Under the pieces are notes generated by a model. It had not been told where the DNA came from, did not search any database, and saw only the letters and a program-made list of their open reading frames with translations. From positions 7,982 to 71,981 of the forward strand of contig JBJFGR010000026.1 in NCBI GenBank assembly GCA_051892875.1: DNA of 64,000 nucleotides, given 5' to 3'. The translations under genes were made by a program, and so were the position numbers. Of this stretch, positions 58,799 through 64,000 are shown one piece after another (the stretch's first letter is position 1; each line of letters begins with the position of its first letter). Source of the DNA: Succinivibrionaceae bacterium. Its GTDB lineage: Bacteria > Pseudomonadota > Gammaproteobacteria > Enterobacterales > Succinivibrionaceae.

Positions 58799-59962
58799 CT
58801 ATCCAAGAATACGACCTAGTTGATTTAATACATAATCTTGATGGATTTTTTCTTGTTCTAGTCTGTTTAAATAAGATTGCTTAAGTATTTGTATAGCTTC
58901 AATTTCCATTGCGGTTAAAAATGAGCTACTTAGGTCTACTTCAGTACTTTCTGGTTCGTGAACCATTTCCTTTGGATGATTGATTATGGTTTCCTTATCC
59001 ATCATTATGGATTTTACATCAATTCCAGCATTTCTTCGAAATCTTTCAAGCATGGCGAATCCCCAGGAATCAACATCCCCCCAATATAAAACATCTTTTT
59101 GCTTTAACCATTTCGCCGTAGACCAAGCTAGGTTGTTACCACATCCAAAAATAATAGTTGTATCTGGAAAGTTAGGAACCATATAGCCTGACTGAATATT
59201 TTCAACTACAAGTATTTTTGTTCCAGGAAGTTCTGTATTAATCAAATCTGATGCACAAACCTGTATTACTCCAAAACCACTATTTTGACATGTTCTAACA
59301 TACACGAAGCCTGCAGGCTTCTGTAGTACCCCTAACCAATATTCAAGATTATCATTAGGAGCAGCTTCTATTGGTAGAGCAGCTTTTAATATTGATAAGA
59401 TAAGCTTGTCATTTTTCTCTAAAAACTTAGTATCAATATGTTGTATAGGTAAGGCTCTTAAATAAAAATTTTTTCCCATACCTTTTTTAAGCTGGGGTAA
59501 CACAGTGCAAAGTTTATTCACTGTATCCTTATCAAGTTCCCAAAGGTCATTAATAAGAGAATAGAAATTACCTTTATCACACTGTGGCCACACCAAAGAT
59601 AATTGTTGTACTGTTTCTAAAAAATTCTGTAAAGTTGTAGCAGTTGATTTTGGCAGTAGCTCTAGAAATTCATTTATATCATGAATTACTAACTTTGATG
59701 GTATATCTTGTTTATCTTCTGCAAACCTAAAGGTAATGCTTTTATATACAACAGCATTCTGATTCCTAAAATTTCTCCAATCTTGGATAAAACGATAGAA
59801 GGCTCCAGTATCCTTAAGAGCACTATTGCCTGTAGGTGGTTGTAGATTTATTTCCTTAAAGGACTTCTCTCCACTTAATACCTCCCCAAGGCGCTTTTTA
59901 GCGCTAGATGAGGATGTATAATAATCTATGAGCTTTTTAACAGCATCCTTTACAAGTATCAT
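58799..59962 (-). CDS. jetD: Wadjet JetD (Toprim-like nuclease subunit; DUF3322/DUF2220 architecture)
   Basis: The C-terminal Toprim-like motifs are ILVVENIQS and VLYWGDVDSWGFAMLERFRR. It overlaps the jetC stop by 1 nt. Confidence 0.8.
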   Translation of the reverse strand: MILVKDAVKKLIDYYTSSSSAKKRLGEVLSGEKSFKEINLQPPTGNSALKDTGAFYRFIQDWRNFRNQNAVVYKSITFRFAEDKQDIPSKLVIHDINEFLELLPKSTATTLQNFLETVQQLSLVWPQCDKGNFYSLINDLWELDKDTVNKLCTVLPQLKKGMGKNFYLRALPIQHIDTKFLEKNDKLILSILKAALPIEAAPNDNLEYWLGVLQKPAGFVYVRTCQNSGFGVIQVCASDLINTELPGTKILVVENIQSGYMVPNFPDTTIIFGCGNNLAWSTAKWLKQKDVLYWGDVDSWGFAMLERFRRNAGIDVKSIMMDKETIINHPKEMVHEPESTEVDLSSSFLTAMEIEAIQILKQSYLNRLEQEKIHQDYVLNQLGRILG

Positions 59963-62900
59963 TAACCTTCACCACCATTATCTATAGTAATTCCTAAGCT
60001 CTGTAATTCCGTAGCTCTACCTTCTTCAATCTGAGCATCATATTCATCCCAAGTAAGTTCACTAATTGAGCTTGAATGAGTATTGATATCTCTAGACATA
60101 ATTATTAGAGAGCGAGCATAGTCTCTTGCAACATCTATGTTCTTAAATGGAGTTATTAGATTTACATGAAGGCGAAGCTCCTTGAAGATCTTTAGAACTC
60201 TAACACTCACGGCATCTGATGTATTACTAAAGGCTTCATCCAAAAATACAGTTGAATACACTGGACATTCACCATTTTCAGGAGTAAGTACATAGGCCAA
60301 TGAGGCAGCAACCACGGTTCCTGCAAAAGCTTCCTTTTCACCACCAGACTTGCCACTAGACGAATCAAGAACATCTTTAATTTCTTTTGTTTCTCTATCA
60401 AGTTCTTGAGCTGTAAACTGAACCTGTAATCTTGGATCTAGTAATCGTTTTGAATCTATAGAAGATGACTTTAATGCTGATTCCAAGGTTTCAATTACCT
60501 TTGAAATAGCAGAATATCTTTTTTCATGATCATCTGATGAAATCATATTTAACACCTTGCTGGTGTTTCTGCTAAATTCATCTATATAAATGAATTTAGG
60601 TCTAGTATCCTTAATACAAAGGAAAGTATTTTCTCTAAATTCAGTTTTTTCTAGAACCTGATTAATTTTACCAATACGCTCTCTTATAGCGTTAAGCTCA
60701 CTCTTCATCTTCTGATCAATACAAGCTACTGATTGAGTAACCTCATTAGTAAGCTTTTCTTTAAACTCTTCCACAAGAGCTGGTAAACCTTCTCTTTCTA
60801 TATTATCTAAGTGATTCATATAATTTGGAAGCGCTAAAAAATCAGAACCCCAATCGGCAGTGATAGTTTCCCACTTAGTCGAAAATTTGATAAAGATATT
60901 GGTTACCTTGTTTATAATATCATTAATGCTATCTTCTTTACTCTTTAGTCGGTAATTAAATCTATCGCCAACCTTTTTACCAAAATCGCTATCATATATA
61001 GGTTTATGACAAGATGCCTGAATTTCCTTACAGATCTTTAGAATAAGATCTAGAACCTTCTTTTCAATATCATTATTTTCTAAGTCTCTAAAATGAGAGA
61101 GCTTAACTTCAGTGGATTTTAAGGCTTCTGATACAGATATTTTTTTACCAGCTATACTAAATAGCTCCTTATCAACCAGGGCTCTAGTTTTCTTAGCTTC
61201 TTCCCACAATTCACGAAGCTTTTTAGTATCATCACTAGTACGAATTTTTTCAGCACTAGCTCTGATTTCATCTATCTTTTCCTTAATAGATATTGTATCA
61301 ATATCACTGAAATACTTATAATTTTCAATTCTATTTAGTGCCCTTCTCTGATTTTCAAGTTGTTGTTTTGTTTCTCTTAAATTTTTAATCTTTTTTGCTA
61401 TATCTAGTAATTGTTTTTCCAATTTAGAATAGTCTTCTTGAAGCAATGATAGTCTTTCCTTTATAGAAAAACCTGTACACCAATCATGGCGATCATCTAT
61501 TCTAGTAAGATCCTTCTTTTCAAAAGCAAGTCCCTTCTTATGAATAAGACCTTCTCTAGTCATAGAAAATTCAGTGTCATTAAGCTCATTCACCGAATCA
61601 ACACAGGTAAGATCGTGTTTTAACAAGAAGCTCTTTAACCAAGCAGTAAATTCATGTTCCTTCCAGTAAAGCTTTCTTAAAAAACCTCTATTTCCAAATT
61701 CTTGATTACCATCAACTCTACCTGCAACTTGTACTCTTACATGTAGTCCAGTATTGCGAGCATTTAGCCAAGCTGTTATGTTTCGATAATCATTCGGAGC
61801 AACAATAAGTGTCTGACGAATACCACCTAAAGCTCTTTCAATAGCTCCGTGCCATGATTCTTCCTCTGAACGAACCTCAATAAGTTCAGCAGCGTAAACT
61901 AATTTGCTTCGATCTATAGATAACGATTTTGAAATTTCATTACGTAATTTTTGGAATCTGATATCAATATTAGAATCAGGATGCTTTTCAAGATCGGTAA
62001 TTTCATCCTTAATTGAATTTAATTCTTTAACCTTATCTTCCTGTTCTGCTTCTAGTCTACCAATACGACCAGAATTACCTTCAATACTGTCACTAATTTT
62101 TATTTCCATCACACTGCAGTAATCAAGATTTTTCTGAAAATCTTCACTTGTTTTTGGAACTTCCATTCCTGCGGCTTGAACTAATTCAACATAATCAGAT
62201 CTAATTCTTTCTACTTTTTGGTATTCAATTTCCTTTTGACGAATTTCGTTCTCAAAACTTTCTAGAACATCTCCACCATTTTTTAGATAGTTTTCATGAC
62301 AAAGTTCAATGTAGTGTTCAGTATCCTGCTTTTTAATTTCTAGTTCCCTTTCCTTCGCGATAAGCTGTTCTAATTGTTTGTTATATTCCTTACAATTAGC
62401 AGAAAGCTCCTTAACAGCTATTCCTGCAGCATATCCTTCAAAGCTACTTATAGCATCTTTAAATAATTCAGCTTCTGCTATATTTTTACTATAATCACTA
62501 TTTAGCTGACGGAGTGGTAATAAGCATTCCATTCTAGCTCTAGCATCCATAAGCTTTTCATGAGTGATACGTAGATCTGAAAACTGATTCACTGCAGCTT
62601 CAGCATCCTGCTTTATTTCACCAGGCTCTAATACGAGAGTACGTATTAAAGTAGTAAGATCATCAATTTTTTTAAGACCTAAGGCTCTAGAAAGCAATGC
62701 TGGAGCATTCTGGTTATCCATATGCAATTTATGAGTAAAATGAGTAAAGTATTCTGAAAAATTGTTATCACAAACTCTAACGTCATCATATTGCTTTAAC
62801 CAACTTTTTAAATGTCTTATGTCATGATTACTAAAGTGAGACAGTATATCCTTAATGCTAATATCTGTTTCACCAACAATATAGATTCTTTTTACATCAG

Positions 62901-63309
62901 CAACAGACATGCCTTGACCAGTAATTGAAAATATACCAATCAAAACAACCTTATGATCTGATTCGGTATGACAATATACGGCCTTAATTACAGAGACTAC
63001 AGAACCGATACGAAGATTTCGGCTTACCTGACCTTCTTCTTCACTTAAAGCTCTACCATAGCTACCTCTCATATAGGACACAATACTACGATCAGATTTG
63101 TCACCTTGAGCAGCTGCCATGTTAAAGCCTGCATTACCAGCAGGACGAAGTAGCACCATTAGACCATCTATAATAGTAGACTTACCAGCGCCGTTTTCAC
63201 CTGTTATCAAGGTTCCATTTTCGTTAATTGAAATTGTATGCAATCCTTGGAAGGAGCCCCAGTTATATACGGAAAGCGTACTTAGCTTAATCTGATCAGT
63301 ATTTGCCAT
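59962..63309 (-). CDS. jetC: Wadjet JetC (SMC-like ABC ATPase)
   Basis: N-terminus LSTLSVYNWGSFQGLHTISINENGTLITGENGAGKSTIIDG (Walker A). A long coiled-coil middle region. The C-terminus has SGGEKEAFAGTVVAASLAY (signature-like motif) and VFLDEAF (Walker B). Confidence 0.85.
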   Translation of the reverse strand: MANTDQIKLSTLSVYNWGSFQGLHTISINENGTLITGENGAGKSTIIDGLMVLLRPAGNAGFNMAAAQGDKSDRSIVSYMRGSYGRALSEEEGQVSRNLRIGSVVSVIKAVYCHTESDHKVVLIGIFSITGQGMSVADVKRIYIVGETDISIKDILSHFSNHDIRHLKSWLKQYDDVRVCDNNFSEYFTHFTHKLHMDNQNAPALLSRALGLKKIDDLTTLIRTLVLEPGEIKQDAEAAVNQFSDLRITHEKLMDARARMECLLPLRQLNSDYSKNIAEAELFKDAISSFEGYAAGIAVKELSANCKEYNKQLEQLIAKERELEIKKQDTEHYIELCHENYLKNGGDVLESFENEIRQKEIEYQKVERIRSDYVELVQAAGMEVPKTSEDFQKNLDYCSVMEIKISDSIEGNSGRIGRLEAEQEDKVKELNSIKDEITDLEKHPDSNIDIRFQKLRNEISKSLSIDRSKLVYAAELIEVRSEEESWHGAIERALGGIRQTLIVAPNDYRNITAWLNARNTGLHVRVQVAGRVDGNQEFGNRGFLRKLYWKEHEFTAWLKSFLLKHDLTCVDSVNELNDTEFSMTREGLIHKKGLAFEKKDLTRIDDRHDWCTGFSIKERLSLLQEDYSKLEKQLLDIAKKIKNLRETKQQLENQRRALNRIENYKYFSDIDTISIKEKIDEIRASAEKIRTSDDTKKLRELWEEAKKTRALVDKELFSIAGKKISVSEALKSTEVKLSHFRDLENNDIEKKVLDLILKICKEIQASCHKPIYDSDFGKKVGDRFNYRLKSKEDSINDIINKVTNIFIKFSTKWETITADWGSDFLALPNYMNHLDNIEREGLPALVEEFKEKLTNEVTQSVACIDQKMKSELNAIRERIGKINQVLEKTEFRENTFLCIKDTRPKFIYIDEFSRNTSKVLNMISSDDHEKRYSAISKVIETLESALKSSSIDSKRLLDPRLQVQFTAQELDRETKEIKDVLDSSSGKSGGEKEAFAGTVVAASLAYVLTPENGECPVYSTVFLDEAFSNTSDAVSVRVLKIFKELRLHVNLITPFKNIDVARDYARSLIIMSRDINTHSSSISELTWDEYDAQIEEGRATELQSLGITIDNGGEG

Positions 63310-63956
63310 TATTCATCTCCTTCCACTTCATCTTCTTCTTCTTTGCTTGTTGCATTGGCCATTACCTTTTTACGTTTACTGCTGATAGGTTGACTAATCA
63401 GTTTATTGTATTCCTCTAATAGAGATTTCATGAATTCAGCATTAACTACATATCTTATAAGTGGCGAAACCATAATTCGGTCTTCATCCTCACCTGGAAG
63501 GATTTTGATTAATTTCTTTTCCTCTAAACGATTTAACACTCCACCAATACGTTTTTTTAAGGTCTGACTGCTAGCTGTAATATCGTGATATGGTGTTAGC
63601 ATATTTTCAATTCGGTCGTAACCCATAACAATAGTTGTTTCACCACCAGTATATCTTTCGTGATAATATTTTCTGATTACTAAAAGTACGAGTGTATCAA
63701 AGATCTGAAGCTTACGACTTACTATTAAAAAATTATCCTTATCAAAATCCTCAGCAGGTGCATTTTGATTATCAGCTTCACTTATAGCATTTTCTTCATC
63801 AGTTATTTCTTCTTCTCTACGAAGATTTTCAATATATGCTAAACCATTTTCTTCACTAATTTGGAGTTTTAAATTGATATTACGGAGGTAAGCACTAATT
63901 TCATCCTTGTGAATGAATAGCTCCTTAAATCTAGCTTCATGCTCTCTCTGTTGCAT
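63309..63956 (-). CDS. jetB: Wadjet JetB (DUF4194, kleisin-associated KITE-like subunit)
   Basis: It has the right size and position and an acidic internal loop. LIVSRKLQIFDTLVLLVIRKYY...NRLEEKKLIKIL fits the DUF4194 pattern. The frame stays open upstream to the window edge, so the start is provisional. Confidence 0.7.
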   Translation of the reverse strand: MQQREHEARFKELFIHKDEISAYLRNINLKLQISEENGLAYIENLRREEEITDEENAISEADNQNAPAEDFDKDNFLIVSRKLQIFDTLVLLVIRKYYHERYTGGETTIVMGYDRIENMLTPYHDITASSQTLKKRIGGVLNRLEEKKLIKILPGEDEDRIMVSPLIRYVVNAEFMKSLLEEYNKLISQPISSKRKKVMANATSKEEEDEVEGDE

Positions 63957-64000
63957 ATTACCTTTTTTAAGAAGTTCTATAATGATATTACGAATATTTT

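Noticed and set aside
63957-64000. The 3' end of jetA.
   Set aside because: Only 44 nt remain. Two minus-strand frames hit stops (TAA at 63990-63988 and TAG at 63979-63977). The third frame is continuous with jetB. The jetA terminus, and therefore the true jetB start, cannot be decided from this window.

Overview
This window is about 64 kb of an AT-rich gammaproteobacterial chromosome. Sampled lines look like roughly 27-35% G+C; I did not compute this over the window. The backbone is housekeeping with Enterobacterales-like synteny: fabA-ycbZ, trxB-lrp-ftsK-lolA-rarA, then metF, rapZ, an mscK-like gene, serS and rsfS. It also carries glycogen and glucose-phosphate catabolism genes (glgX, pgm, glgP), rmlA and rmlB, a cysK-transporter pair, nadE and suhB. 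A Na/Pi cotransporter gene runs off the left edge.

Notable accessory content:
1. A two-gene cassette sits between ybjD-like and suhB. It encodes a membrane-anchored TIR protein (TIR, TM helix, DUF6273-like ectodomain) and a DHH/DHHA1 phosphoesterase with an unassigned, internally duplicated C-terminal extension. This is my best candidate for an undescribed TIR-based signalling or defence module.
2. Two paralogous sRNA genes of about 120-135 nt have near-identical promoters. They carry repeated ACAAGGAUGU or A/UGGAUG motifs in hairpin loops and strong terminators. These are Csr/Rsm-type CsrA-sponge candidates, and they bracket serS to kfrA-like.
3. A Wadjet anti-plasmid operon (jetB, jetC, jetD) lies at the right edge, with jetA beyond the window.
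4. Tandem KfrA_N-type DNA-binding paralogues are fused to the rsfS operon.
5. A 1107-aa Asn/Ser/Thr- and Cys-rich secreted orphan is followed by a stand-alone T2SSE_N/MshEN domain gene and an IS21-like transposase fragment.
6. A CsgG/DUF4810/DUF799 lipoprotein operon is present.
7. An MBOAT plus AlgX/DHHW-like O-acylation pair is present.
8. Three CRP-like palindromes lie upstream of glgP.

I recognised no rRNA, tRNA or CRISPR array. All homology statements come from reading translated motifs and from memory of the families, not from searches.
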